64,000 bases of DNA from an uncultured delta proteobacterium (GCA_963785725.1 CAWAWS010000033.1:128001-192000), one strand, 5' to 3'; positions 1 through 10,061 are shown, counted from the stretch's first letter. Numbers and translations are program-made. The notes: generated by a model from the letters alone, not told the origin.

Positions 1-247
1 GTCGTTCAAGGTCAAGCGGCTGCGCAACAACGCCAAGTGCCGCGCCGCCGCCTGCGACGTGCGCGGCAACGTCAAAGGGCCGTTCTACGACTTCACCTGC
101 CGCGTCACGCAGGATCCGGGCGACGTGCAGCGCATGTATCGCGCGCTCGCCGACAAATACGGCTGGCAGGTCAAGGTGCTCAACTTCTTCGCCATGCTCG
201 GCCGTCGCATCGGCCGCCGCGCCTACTTGGAGCTGACGCCGGTTTGA
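1..247 (+). CDS. PPOX-class (F420-dependent oxidoreductase-like) split-barrel protein, 5' truncated by window edge
   Basis: Frame 2 is open from base 2: SFKVKRLRNNAKCRAAACDVRGNVKG...RALADKYG, resembling the KVKRIRNNP..CD.RG signature of the Rv2061-like PPOX family. Confidence 0.7.
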   Translation, partial: SFKVKRLRNNAKCRAAACDVRGNVKGPFYDFTCRVTQDPGDVQRMYRALADKYGWQVKVLNFFAMLGRRIGRRAYLELTPV

Positions 248-249
248 CC

Positions 250-1083
250 TTACGGCGCCGGCGCGGGCGGTGCCGGCGGCTGGGCGACGTCTTCGATGAG
301 CGCGCCGCACGACGGCGGCAGCTGCGGCTGCGCGCCCACTTTCGCTTTGTACGTCTGCTTGCCTTTGTCGCGATCGGCCGCCGCCGCCGGATTCAGCCAC
401 CAGCCGAGCTGATCGCAGCCGTCGCCGGGCGGCAGCGGCGCCTGCGCCACGCACTCGGGGCTGTCGGCGGGACAGGCCAGCCGCACGTGGAAGTGATCGT
501 CGTGTCCCCACCACGGACGAATCTTCTGCAGCCACTTGCGATCGCCCGTCGTCCGCTCGCACAGCGCGCGCTTGAGCAGCGGGTTCAGGAAGATGCGCTC
601 GACCGCCACATTCTCGGCCGCCAGCTCGACCACGCGCGCGATCGCCGGCGTAAAACGCGACGACGGCTGCTGATGCGCCGAGTCGACCATCGACGCGCTC
701 TCGGTGACGCTCGGCGCCGCGAACCACAAGTCGACGTCGAGGCCGGTCTGGTGGCTGGCGTGTCCCGTCGGCGCGGGTCCGCCGCGCGGCTGCCCCATGT
801 CGCCGACGTACAAGGGCGGCTGCTTCAGCGTCGAGAGCCGCGTGCCCAGCGACTCGATCAGCGACACCAGCAGCGGATGGCCGAAGACGCGATTGCGCTC
901 GGGCTTGACGACGCGAAAGCCATCGCCGCGCATCGGCAACGCCACGGCGCCCGCGATGCAGCCGGCGCTATAGCCGCCGATGGCGCGCGCCGGCCCCGTC
1001 GACGGCGTGCGCGCGCGGCTCCATGGCGTCGGCGGTGAAGCGGCCGCCGGCAGCGTCAACAGCACGAGCGCAGCCGCGAGCAT
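250..1083 (-). CDS. mepA: Penicillin-insensitive murein D,D-endopeptidase
   Basis: IGGYSAGCIAGAVALP, HASHQTGLDVDLWF and RPWWGHDDHFHVRLACP motifs; signal peptide from ATG 1083 (ORF could start at 1137). Confidence 0.92.
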   Translation of the reverse strand: MLAAALVLLTLPAAASPPTPWSRARTPSTGPARAIGGYSAGCIAGAVALPMRGDGFRVVKPERNRVFGHPLLVSLIESLGTRLSTLKQPPLYVGDMGQPRGGPAPTGHASHQTGLDVDLWFAAPSVTESASMVDSAHQQPSSRFTPAIARVVELAAENVAVERIFLNPLLKRALCERTTGDRKWLQKIRPWWGHDDHFHVRLACPADSPECVAQAPLPPGDGCDQLGWWLNPAAAADRDKGKQTYKAKVGAQPQLPPSCGALIEDVAQPPAPPAPAP

Positions 1084-1170
1084 CCCCTGCCCTCGGCCTC
1101 GCCTGGCGGCGCAACGAAGGCCGCGGGTCGGTCGCATCCGTCGATCGTAGCAGAGCGCCGCCGCGCGTCC

Positions 1171-2976
1171 TTATTCTTCGTCGGTCGCAGCCGATGCGGT
1201 CGGCGCACTGGCCACGGCCGCGTGATGATGATGGTGCGCCCCGCCGCGCGGCGTGCCTGCCGGCGCCTCCGCCGTCAGCCGCAGCGGATCGCCACCCGGC
1301 GCCGACACGCGCAGCGGCCACAGCGCGATCAGCGGCTCGGGATCGATGTAGCGCGAGTGATCGCCGTTCGGCTCTTGCACCGCGATCGTAAAATGCAGAT
1401 GCGGCGCCGAATGCTTGATGCCCGAGCGCCCGACCCAGCCGATGATGTCGCCCGCCTTGACCGTCTGCCCGACGTCGAGCGCCGGCGGAATCGCCGCCAA
1501 GTGGAAATACTGCGAGACGATCGTGCGGCCGCGATGCGTGATGCGCACGTAATGGCCGCCGTGATCGGCGTTGGCGGCGCGCTGGACGCGATCGATGACG
1601 CCGTCATGCACCGCGAACACCGCTTCGCCGTAGGCGCTGCCGATGTCGACGCCGCAGTGGCCGTTGACGCACTCGGAGGGTCGATCGCCGGCGCGCTCGG
1701 CGCCGAAGACGCGGCTGTCGCGGATCGGCATGCGTCGCGCCGGGCCCGGCAGCGGATGCACCCAGATGTCGCGCATGAGCTCGGCCAGCTGCGCCTTTTC
1801 CAGCGCGGCCGCGTCTTGCGGCGGGGCCGGCGCGACCGGCGTCTGCGGCTGCGACGGCGCCACGGCCGCGTTCACCATCGCCGCCGGCGGCAGCGCCGTC
1901 GTGCCGCGATCGCGATTCCACAGCGGGATCGACGCCACGAGGCCGACGAGGAGCCAGGCCGCGCCCGGCAGCGGCCGGCGCCGCGAGCTGAACGGCAGAT
2001 CGACGGCCGACGCGCCCGCCGTCGGCGTGGCGATGGCGTCGCGCGCGAACGTCGCCCGCGGGCGATTGCGCACGATCTGCGGCTTCAGTCGCGGCAGCTT
2101 CTGCGGCACCGCCGTCGCTTCCAGGCGCGGCTCGATGCGCGGCTTGCTCTTGGCGACGTTGGTCGGCGCCTGATCGCCCGCGTACAGCGACGACGCCGGC
2201 GCCGGCGCCGCGTCACCGCCATACAGCGACGACAGCCGCACCGGCGCCGGCGCGGCGATCAGCGGCGATTGCGCCGGCGGCACGAACGGCATCGTCGGCG
2301 TGCCCGTCGAAAACAGCCCCGAAATCGGCCGCTCCAAAGACGGCGCCGAGCCGAGCGGCATCTGCGGCGGCGGTGCCGAGACGATCGTGCGCAGCTCTTC
2401 GGCTTCGTAAAGCGGCGTCGGCGGATAGGACTGCGCCGGCGGCGAGACCAGCTGCGGCACCGAGAGGCGCGCGCTCAGCCGCGACTGCGCCGGCACCAGC
2501 AGCGGCGCCGCCTCCTCTTGCGCCGTCGCGCGCAACGCCGCCGCCGACGAATTGGGCGACGTGCGCTCGGGCGTCTTGGGCACCATCGGCACGTCGCTGA
2601 CGACGACCGCCGCCGGCCTCGGCTTCGCGCGCTCGGCGATCGCCGCGTTCGACGGCAGCGCCGAGAACGAACGCACCGCCGACGACGTCGCCACCGGTTG
2701 CCCCGCCGCCGCCGCCGCCGCCAAGCGCTCCTGCTCGGCGATGTCGGCCAGCGCCGCCTGCGCCGCCACGCACGACGGATCGACGAGCAGACACTCGCGC
2801 AGCTGCGCCGCGGCGTCTTTACGCTGATGTCGCGCCAACAGCGCGCGCGCCAAGAGCAGCCGCAGCGTCACACAGCGCGGCGACGCCGCCAGCTCGCGCA
2901 TGCAAAACGCGATGGCGTCGCCGTATCGCCGATCGACGATCAGTTGCTCGGCGGCTGCAAACATCCCGGACGTCAC
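1171..2976 (-). CDS. Membrane-anchored M23 metallopeptidase with N-terminal TPR-like region and Pro-rich linker
   Basis: C-terminal HCGVD (HxxxD), YFHL and PHLHF (HxH) motifs; TM segment AWLLVGLVASIPLW; N-terminal helical repeat; His5 run near the C-terminus. Confidence 0.85.
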   Translation of the reverse strand: MTSGMFAAAEQLIVDRRYGDAIAFCMRELAASPRCVTLRLLLARALLARHQRKDAAAQLRECLLVDPSCVAAQAALADIAEQERLAAAAAAGQPVATSSAVRSFSALPSNAAIAERAKPRPAAVVVSDVPMVPKTPERTSPNSSAAALRATAQEEAAPLLVPAQSRLSARLSVPQLVSPPAQSYPPTPLYEAEELRTIVSAPPPQMPLGSAPSLERPISGLFSTGTPTMPFVPPAQSPLIAAPAPVRLSSLYGGDAAPAPASSLYAGDQAPTNVAKSKPRIEPRLEATAVPQKLPRLKPQIVRNRPRATFARDAIATPTAGASAVDLPFSSRRRPLPGAAWLLVGLVASIPLWNRDRGTTALPPAAMVNAAVAPSQPQTPVAPAPPQDAAALEKAQLAELMRDIWVHPLPGPARRMPIRDSRVFGAERAGDRPSECVNGHCGVDIGSAYGEAVFAVHDGVIDRVQRAANADHGGHYVRITHRGRTIVSQYFHLAAIPPALDVGQTVKAGDIIGWVGRSGIKHSAPHLHFTIAVQEPNGDHSRYIDPEPLIALWPLRVSAPGGDPLRLTAEAPAGTPRGGAHHHHHAAVASAPTASAATDEE

Positions 2977-3159
2977 ACACCTCCGCTGACGCTCGATCGC
3001 AAGTTGCGGGCCTAATTCGCGATCGCAGTTTCAAGCGTTTGCCTCGCCGTCGATCGCCGATCTGGGCCTGTGCGGTTGACAAACTGGGGCGGCGACTCCC
3101 AGCTGCAACATCGTCAGCGCAATTGAAAGACCGCGCCGGCGCGTTCATGCTCGGCGACC

Positions 3160-3483
3160 ATGGCCAAGAAGCCGAAGGCGCCCGTGCGCGCCCGCACCGC
3201 CGACCGCATCCGCGAGCGCGACACGCGCCGCCTCGTGCGCGACAAGCAGAAGCTGGCGCTGCTCGAGCCTGGCGGCTCGGCGGAGCGGCCGATCGCGGTC
3301 ACGTCGTCGTCGGTGATCGCGGTGCGCGCGCGCGCGACGCCCTGTCCGCTGTGCGCCGGCGAGCTGCGCCTCGACGAGGAATTGGCCCAATCGGCGACCT
3401 TGCGGGCGGCGCAGATGACGTGCGTGCGCTGCGGCGTGCATCGATCTTTATGGTTCCTCATCGGCTCGCCGCTGCTCAATTGA
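3160..3483 (+). CDS. Small basic hypothetical protein with zinc-ribbon-like CxxC...CxxC
   Basis: CPLC and CVRC pairs; GC-rich third codon positions. Confidence 0.7.
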   Translation: MAKKPKAPVRARTADRIRERDTRRLVRDKQKLALLEPGGSAERPIAVTSSSVIAVRARATPCPLCAGELRLDEELAQSATLRAAQMTCVRCGVHRSLWFLIGSPLLN

Positions 3484-3649
3484 CGCAAAGCCCGCGCTCG
3501 CTCGGCCTGGCGGCGCGATGACGGGCGAGGCTGGCAGCACCACGCGTGGCGGGGGGTCGAGTCGCCGCTGTGGAGCACACACCCCGCGGCCGGCGGCGAT
3601 CTCCGCGCGAAAACGCACGCCAGCATGCGGATTTCCCGCGCGTCGCAAG

Positions 3650-3665
3650 CGGCACGAATCTGGCA
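3650..3665 (+). promoter_or_regulatory. Putative sigma54 (-24/-12) promoter
   Basis: CGGCACGAATCTGGCA = GG-N10-GC, two mismatches to TGGCACGNNNNTTGCA, 23 nt upstream of ATG 3689. Confidence 0.4.
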
Positions 3666-3688
3666 CCGCTGAGGCCGAGAGAGTCCTC

Positions 3689-3964
3689 ATGCGAACAATG
3701 ATCCTGCTCGCGCTCGCGCTCCTGCTGCCACTGGCGTCGTCGTCGACGGCGTTGGCCGACGTCTTCATGCAGGCGCGCTGCCCGCAGCATCGCGTCGAAT
3801 GGCGCGGCCCCAAGCGCAGCTCGCACGCCGCCTTCCGCGACGCCGACGCGCACAACCGCGCGCACCGCGGCCACGACGCGCGGGTCGTCATGGTCGACCA
3901 CGAAGACCCGGCGCCGGCGCAAACGTCGCAGGCGTCCATCGAGCCGACGACCAAGATGCAATAG
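3689..3964 (+). CDS. Small secreted hypothetical protein
   Basis: Signal peptide MRTMILLALALLLPLASSSTALA; purine-rich RBS-like sequence upstream; His-rich mature part. Confidence 0.65.
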   Translation: MRTMILLALALLLPLASSSTALADVFMQARCPQHRVEWRGPKRSSHAAFRDADAHNRAHRGHDARVVMVDHEDPAPAQTSQASIEPTTKMQ

Positions 3965-4062
3965 CGTTAGACGCTCGCCTGCGAGACGCCCGAAACTTCT
4001 TTGAGAGCGCGGCGCGTTGATCGTCGTACAGGCGCCCGATTATTCACGTACTATCCGCGCTC

Positions 4063-5691
4063 GTGAGCGCCTCTGGAAACCTTGCGGCCGACGTCATCAT
4101 CGCGGGCGGCGGTCTCGCCGGCCTCGTCGCCGCCTATGAGCTGATCGAGCACGGCAAAAAAGTCCTCCTCATCGACAAGGACAAGCCCGAGAAGCTGGGC
4201 GGCCTGGCCAAGGAGTCGTTCGGCGGCGTGCACCTCATCGGCACGCCGCACCAAAAGCGCGGCGGCATCAAAGACTCGCCCGAGCTCGCCTGGCGCGACT
4301 GGCAGAGCTACGCCGCGTTTTCGCCCGACGCCGACTGGCCGCGCAAGTGGGCGCAGTTCTACTGCGAGAACTCGTACGAGCTCATCTACGAGTTCATGGA
4401 CCACAAGAAGATCTCGTTCCTACCCGTCGTCAACTGGCCCGAGCGCGGCGTCTTCGTCCCCGGCAACAGCGTCCCGCGCTGGCACATCACCTGGGGCACC
4501 GGCTACGAGATCATCTTCCGCCTCTTGGCCGCGCTCGACGCCCATCCGAAGCGCGCGCAGCTCGAGATCCTCTTCGACACCGAGGTGTCCGACTTCGAGG
4601 TGCAGAACGGCCGCGCCGTCGGCGTCACCGGCAAGCGCATGGCCGACGGCAGCGCCTTCTCCGCGCGCGCCGAGCACGTCATCCTCGCCACCGGCGGCAT
4701 CTGCGGCGGCGATCTGTCGAAGCTGCGCCAGCATTGGCTGGCCGATTGGGGCGCGCCGCCCAAGAAGATCCTCAACGGCGCGCACATCTACGCCGACGGC
4801 CTGATGCACGATCGCGTCGTCGAGCACGGCGGCAACGTCACGCACCTCGAGAACCAATGGCACTACGCCGCCGGCGTGCACCATCCGGCCAAGCGCAAGC
4901 CCGACGACGGCTTGAGCCTCGTGCCGCCGCGCTCGGCCTTGTGGCTCAACGCGCTCGGCCAGCGCATCGGCCCGCAGCCGCTCGTCGGCTACACCGACAC
5001 GCGCTTCCTCGTCGAGAACATCGTCAAGCAGCCGGGCCAATATTCGTGGCAGCTCATGAACTGGAAGATCGCGACCAAAGAGCTCGCGGTCTCCGGCTCC
5101 GATTACATGACCGCCTTTCGCAACAAGAAGCGGCTCTTACTGTTGAAGCATTTGATCTTCGGTAATCGCGAGTTGATCGATCGCCTCATTCGCGAGTGTC
5201 CCGACGACTTCGCGGTCGCGACGACGCTGCCCGAGCTCGTCGACAAGATGAACGCGCGCAGCCTCTTCGGCTTGAAAGTCGACCAGCAAGCGGTCACCGA
5301 CGCGACGCGCGACTACGACGATCAAATCGCGCGCGGCCCCGCCTATCACAACGACGATCAACTGCGCCGCATCGCCGGCTTTCGCACCTATCGCGGCGAC
5401 AAAATCCGCATCTGCAAGTTTCAAAAGATCGTCGACGACAAAGCCATGCCGCTCATCGCCGTGCGCGAGTTCATCTTGTCGCGCAAGAGCCTGGGCGGCA
5501 TTCAGACCGACTTGCAATGCCGCGTCCTTACGCCCGACGGCACGCCGATCTCCGGCTTGTACGCCGTCGGCGAGGCGGCCGGCTTCGGCGGCGGCGGCAT
5601 CCACGGACGCGGCTCGCTCGAGGGCACATTCTTGGGCGGCTGCGTGCTCACCGGCCGCGTCGCCGGCAAAACCATCGCACGAGGAGTGTAA
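4063..5691 (+). CDS. FAD-binding dehydrogenase (KsdD-like / FAD_binding_2 family)
   Basis: IIAGGGLAGL Rossmann motif, LGGLAKESFGG, RKSLGGIQTD, GLYAVGEAAGFGGGGIHG..SLEGTFLGGC. Confidence 0.9.
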   Translation: MSASGNLAADVIIAGGGLAGLVAAYELIEHGKKVLLIDKDKPEKLGGLAKESFGGVHLIGTPHQKRGGIKDSPELAWRDWQSYAAFSPDADWPRKWAQFYCENSYELIYEFMDHKKISFLPVVNWPERGVFVPGNSVPRWHITWGTGYEIIFRLLAALDAHPKRAQLEILFDTEVSDFEVQNGRAVGVTGKRMADGSAFSARAEHVILATGGICGGDLSKLRQHWLADWGAPPKKILNGAHIYADGLMHDRVVEHGGNVTHLENQWHYAAGVHHPAKRKPDDGLSLVPPRSALWLNALGQRIGPQPLVGYTDTRFLVENIVKQPGQYSWQLMNWKIATKELAVSGSDYMTAFRNKKRLLLLKHLIFGNRELIDRLIRECPDDFAVATTLPELVDKMNARSLFGLKVDQQAVTDATRDYDDQIARGPAYHNDDQLRRIAGFRTYRGDKIRICKFQKIVDDKAMPLIAVREFILSRKSLGGIQTDLQCRVLTPDGTPISGLYAVGEAAGFGGGGIHGRGSLEGTFLGGCVLTGRVAGKTIARGV

Positions 5692-5776
5692 TGAGCGAGC
5701 GTAAGCGAGCGAATGTGAGCGTCCGGCCCGTAGGGCCAGCGGATCGATTGTCTCGGAGCGCCTGCAAGGTGCTCCC

Positions 5777-7538
5777 ATGAGCTCGACGGTTCGTATCGGC
5801 GGCAAGAAGAGCGGCGCCTGGTTGGCGCGCTGGGCGATGGAGCAGCTCCCGATCTCGCACACGTTCGGCATCCCCGGCGTGCACAACACCGAAATCTACG
5901 ACGAGCTCAACAAGTCCGAGCGCATTCACCCGGTGCTCGTCACGCATGAAGCGGGCGCGTCGTTCATCGCCGACGGCATCAGCCGCACGTCCAAAGGCGA
6001 GATCGGCTGCTGCCTCATCGTCCCCGCCGCCGGCTTGACGCACGCCATGTCCGGCATCGGCGAAGCGTTCCTCGACGGCATCGCCATGCTCGTCATCTCC
6101 GGCGGCACGCGCACCGACGTCGAGTTCGGCTATCAGCTGCACGAGCTCGATCAGCACGCGATCTTGAAGGGCCTGACCAAAGGCTCGTGGCTCGTCAAAG
6201 AGCACAAAGACATCGTGCCCACGATCTTCGAGGCCTATCGCACCGCCGTCACCGGCACGCCCGGCCCCGTCTTCGTCGAGATCCCCGTCAATCTGCAGCT
6301 GTTCCAAGGCGACGTCGGCGACGTGCCCGCGTTCGTGCCGCCGCCGGCCGCGCCGCCCGCGCCCGACGGTCTCCTCGACGAAGCCGTCGCGCTCTTGGCC
6401 GACTCGAAGTCGCCCGGCCTGTTCGTCGGCTGGGGCGCCGTCGACGTCTTGCCGCAGCTGCAACAGATCGCCGATCGCTTGGGCGCGCCCGTCGCCACGA
6501 CGCTGCAAGGCTTGAGCGCCTTCCCCGGCAATCATCCGCTCTCGGTCGGCATGGGCTTCTCGCGCGCCGCCGTTCCCGCCGGCGAAAACGCGTTCAAGAA
6601 CTGCGACTGCCTGCTCGCCATCGGCACGCGCTTCGGCGAAATCCCGACCGGCAGCTTCGGCTGCAAAGTGCCCGAGCGGCTCATCCACATCGACATCGAT
6701 CCCAACGTCCTCAATCGCAACTTCAAAGCCAAGGTGGCGATCGCCGGCGATGCGCGCGTGGTCGTGCCACAGCTGTTGGCGAAGCTGGAAGCCAAGAACG
6801 TCAGCCAGCCCGAGCGCAAACAGAAAGTGGCCGCGCAGATCGCCGAGGACAAAGCGGCCTACAAGAAGGAATGGGCGGCGCACCTCAACGAGCGCGTCAA
6901 CCCGTCGCTCTTCTTCGACGAGCTGCGCCGCCAGCTGCGCGACGATGCCTTGTGCGTCGTCGACGACGGCAACCACACGTTCTTGGCCGCCGAGCTCTTC
7001 GAGGTGCGCGGCGCGCGCGGCTTCATCTCGCCCACCGACTTCAACTGCATGGGCTACTGCGTCCCCGCCGCCATCGGCGCCAAGCTCGTCAACAAGACGC
7101 GCCAGGTCGTCGGCATCGTCGGTGACGGCGCCTTCCTCATGACCGGCCTCGAGATCCTGACGGCCACGACCGAAGGCTGCGGCATCGTCTACTTCGTCTT
7201 CTACGACGGCGAGCTGTCGCAGATTCTCGCAGGCGCAGGCCATCCCGTACAACCGCAAGACTTGTACGATCGTCGGCAAGGTGCAGCTCGAAGGCGTCGC
7301 CATGGCCACGGGCGCGCGCTACTTGAAAATCGACAGCAACAGCGGCATCGCCGAGGGCATCAAGTCGGCGCTGGCGACGGCCGACAGCGGTCAGCCGGTC
7401 ATCGTCGACGTCAAGGTCGACTACTCCAAGCGCACGCGGTTCACGCAAGGCGTGGTCACGACGAACCTCAAGCGCTTTCCGTTGGGCGACAAGATTCGCT
7501 TCATCGGCCGCGCCGTCGTCCGCAAAGTCACGGGTTAA
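5777..7538 (+). CDS. Thiamine-pyrophosphate-binding enzyme (acetolactate synthase-like), one +1 frameshift at ~7224
   Basis: FGIPGVHN, THEAGASFIADG, GDGAFLMTG TPP motif; removing one base in cagattctcg restores ...SQISQAQAIPYNRKTCTIVGKVQLEG, joining ORF 7281-7538. Confidence 0.88.
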
Positions 7539-7569
7539 CCGCTAGTTACGATTTTCTCGCGCCCACCCC

Positions 7570-7596
7570 TCAAGACTTTTTCAGCGCGGTCGAAGC
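7570..7596 (+). promoter_or_regulatory. Putative sigma28/FliA-type promoter
   Basis: TCAAG-N14-GTCGAAGC versus consensus TAAAG-N14-GCCGATAA, about 40 nt upstream of ATG 7635. Confidence 0.4.
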
Positions 7597-7634
7597 AATA
7601 GAGTGCGGGTCCTTCCGAGCCCGCAGGTAAGCAC

Positions 7635-8114
7635 ATGAGAGCAAGTCTACATTCGATGCAGAGCCAGCTCGTCCAGTCCGACCTGGCCGCGAAGCGCGCC
7701 AGCGCGACGACGGCGACGAGCAGCGTCAGCGGTCTCGCGACGCCGACGAGCACCACGACCGGCAGCGGCAACGCCCTCGGCTCGGCGGCGATCTCGTCGT
7801 TCGCGCAGTTCCTGTCGAAGCTGCAGAACTTGGCGCAGACGAACCCGACGAAAGAGAAGTCGGTGCTGAACGACATCGCCTCCAAGCTGCAGACGCAGGC
7901 GCAGGCGACGGGCGGAGACGCCGGGCAGCGCTTGTCGCAGATGGCCGATCGCTTCGCGCAGGCGGCGCAGACGGGCGACCTGTCGGCGCTGCAGTCGAAG
8001 ACGCCGTCGGCGAACGGCGCGGGTGGCGCCACGTCACGCGCGCTGTCGGCCTACCAGCAGAACAGCGGCGTCGACCAGTCGGTCATGGACGTCTTGAACG
8101 GCGAACAGCTGTAA
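7635..8114 (+). CDS. Ser/Ala/Gln/Thr-rich helical hypothetical protein
   Basis: 159-aa ORF with typical codon bias and AGGT RBS-like sequence; no signal peptide; LSKLQNLAQTNP..F..AAQTGDLSAL. Confidence 0.75.
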   Translation: MRASLHSMQSQLVQSDLAAKRASATTATSSVSGLATPTSTTTGSGNALGSAAISSFAQFLSKLQNLAQTNPTKEKSVLNDIASKLQTQAQATGGDAGQRLSQMADRFAQAAQTGDLSALQSKTPSANGAGGATSRALSAYQQNSGVDQSVMDVLNGEQL

Positions 8115-8130
8115 CGACGCGCGCCAACGC

Positions 8131-8213
8131 TGAAGCAGCCGCTTCACTATCCTCGTCAGTCCATACTGAAGCAGTCGCTTCAGCATCAAACACTAAAGTA
8201 GTTACTTCAGTAT
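8131..8213. repeat. Three tandem palindromic 16-bp boxes TRAAGYAGYYRCTTCA
   Basis: tgaagc-agcc-gcttca (8131-8146), tgaagc-agtc-gcttca (8167-8182), taaagt-agtt-acttca (8194-8209) in an AT-rich gap between convergent genes. Confidence 0.8.
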
Positions 8214-8276
8214 CGTTCGTGCGGGCGCGACTTCGGTTGCGACGATTGGGCGCGCGCACGCCGGGCGCAGTAATCG

Positions 8277-9921
8277 TCAGCCCTGCAAATAGAGCTGCAG
8301 CGACGCCGGATCGTTGGCCGCCGCCACCGCTTGCTGACGGTCGATCTGATCGGCGCGCACCATGTCGGCCAGGCAGCGTTCGAGCGGCAGCATGCCGTCC
8401 TTCTTGCCCGACTGGATCGCCGTCACGATCTGCGCCGTCTTGCCTTCGCGGATGAGGCTGGCCACGTTCTGATTCACGCGCAACAGCTCGATCGCGGGCA
8501 GCCGACCGGCGCCATGCGCGCGCGGCAGTAAGCGCTGCGCGACGACGGCGCGCAGCGAATCGGCGAGCTGCAGGCGCACCTGCTGCTGACGCGCGCCGAC
8601 GTAGCTGTCGACGATGCGCTCGACGCTCGACGCCGCCGAACGGCTGTGCAAGCTGGCGAGCACGAGATGTCCGGTCTCGGCCGCCGTCAACGCCAGGCCG
8701 ATCGTGTCGGCGTCGCGCATCTCGCCGATGAGCAGGATGTCGGGATCTTCGCGCAAGGCGTCGCGCAGGCCGGTGGCGAAGTCGACGACGTCGCTGCCGA
8801 TCTGCCGCTGCCGCACGAGGCTGCCGCGCTCGGCGACGATGCCGTATTCGACCGGATCTTCGAGGCTGACCAGCAGCCCGCCGCGGCGCTGCAACGCCGC
8901 TTGCGCCAAGGCCGACAACGTCGCGCTCTTGCCCGAGCCGGTGGCGCCGCTGACGATGATGAGGCCGTGCGGCACGGCCACCAAATCCTCGAGCGTCGCC
9001 GTCACCGGCAAGCTCAGCTCGGCGAGCGCGGGCGCTTGCCGCGGCAAGACGCGCAGCGCCGCCGCCAGCCGCTCGGACGCGCGATAGACGTTGATGCGAA
9101 AGCGGCCGAGGCCGGGCAGATTCGAAGCCGGCGTCGGCGGATCGGCCGGCGAAGGCGCGCGGCCAGACGTCGTCGTCGAGGGCGCCGGCGAGCAGCTCCT
9201 CGACGATGACCGGCGGCTCGTCGTGCAAGCTGCGCAGCTTACCGTCGACGCGTACGGTCGGCGGCTCGCCGGTCATGAGGTGGACATCGCTGGCGCCGAG
9301 CTGAATCGCGCGTCGCAAGAGCGCGGCCAACGCTGGACCAACGCCGGTCGCGCGACCGGCTGGCGCCGTCGAGCTGCCGGCGGCAGGCGCGTTGACGGCG
9401 GCCCACGACGGGCCGGCTGCCTCCACTGACGCAGCCGCGAACGACGGTGCGGGTGCGCGCGCTGACGACGGCGGCGGCGACGATGGCGGCGACGACGCGG
9501 GCGCGGCGACGCCGGCGACGCCCGGCGGCGGGTGCGCGCCAAAGCGCGGCGGCGGAACCGCGTGCAGCGCGGGCGCGGCCGGCGCGACCTTGCCCGGCGC
9601 GCCGGTCGCCGTCGCGCCGCCGGCGCGGAAGGTCGCCTCCAGCTTGCCGCCGCGCGACTGCAGCGTGACCGCGAACGTGGCGCCGCCGCTCTCGGGCCGA
9701 TAGGTCGCTTCCAGCCGACCGGCGTCGCGCAGCTCGGCCTCGCGCTCGGGCGGCAACAGCGGCTCCAACAAATGACGCAGGATCTCGACGCCCGTCGGCG
9801 GAATCGACAGGCGGACGGGCGCGCCGCGCTTGGACATGCGCGGCGCCTCGTCGGTCGCGAGCCGGAGCTCGTCGGCGCCATGCTCGGCCAGCATGCGCAG
9901 CAGGCTATCGACACCGGCCAT
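8277..9921 (-). CDS. pilT: PilT/PilU-family retraction ATPase paralog with duplicated N-terminal domain; +1 frameshift at ~9121
   Basis: ASDVHLMTGEPPTVRVDG, GRFRINVYR (after frame correction), Walker A GATGSGKS, EDPVEY, ALREDPDILLIGEMRD, AAETGHLVLASLH. Confidence 0.85.
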
Positions 9922-10061
9922 GAGATGCTCAACGCCGTTTGTAAGCCGACATTCCCGCGCTGTCATCTGGTCGTTGACAGCTGGGGATCCGAGGGCTCGT
10001 CACCCCACGCTGAGGGAAGCTAAGTAGGCGGTAGCTGTGGGTTTGGCCGCTGGTCCAGGAG

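Noticed and set aside
8131..8213. Mini-CRISPR array or Myxococcus-type LexA boxes
   Set aside because: Repeats are only 16-24 nt with 11-20 nt gaps and no cas genes; the dyad spacing is longer than the Myxococcus LexA consensus as I recall it.
5777..9921. Programmed frameshifting or pseudogenes in the TPP enzyme and PilT
   Set aside because: No slippery heptamer or homopolymer tract at the breaks, catalytic motifs are intact, and similar indels occur across the window.
9975..10060. Possible tRNA or riboswitch in the pilT-kinase divergent gap
   Set aside because: Only a weak hairpin; no cloverleaf, T-loop or known riboswitch consensus.
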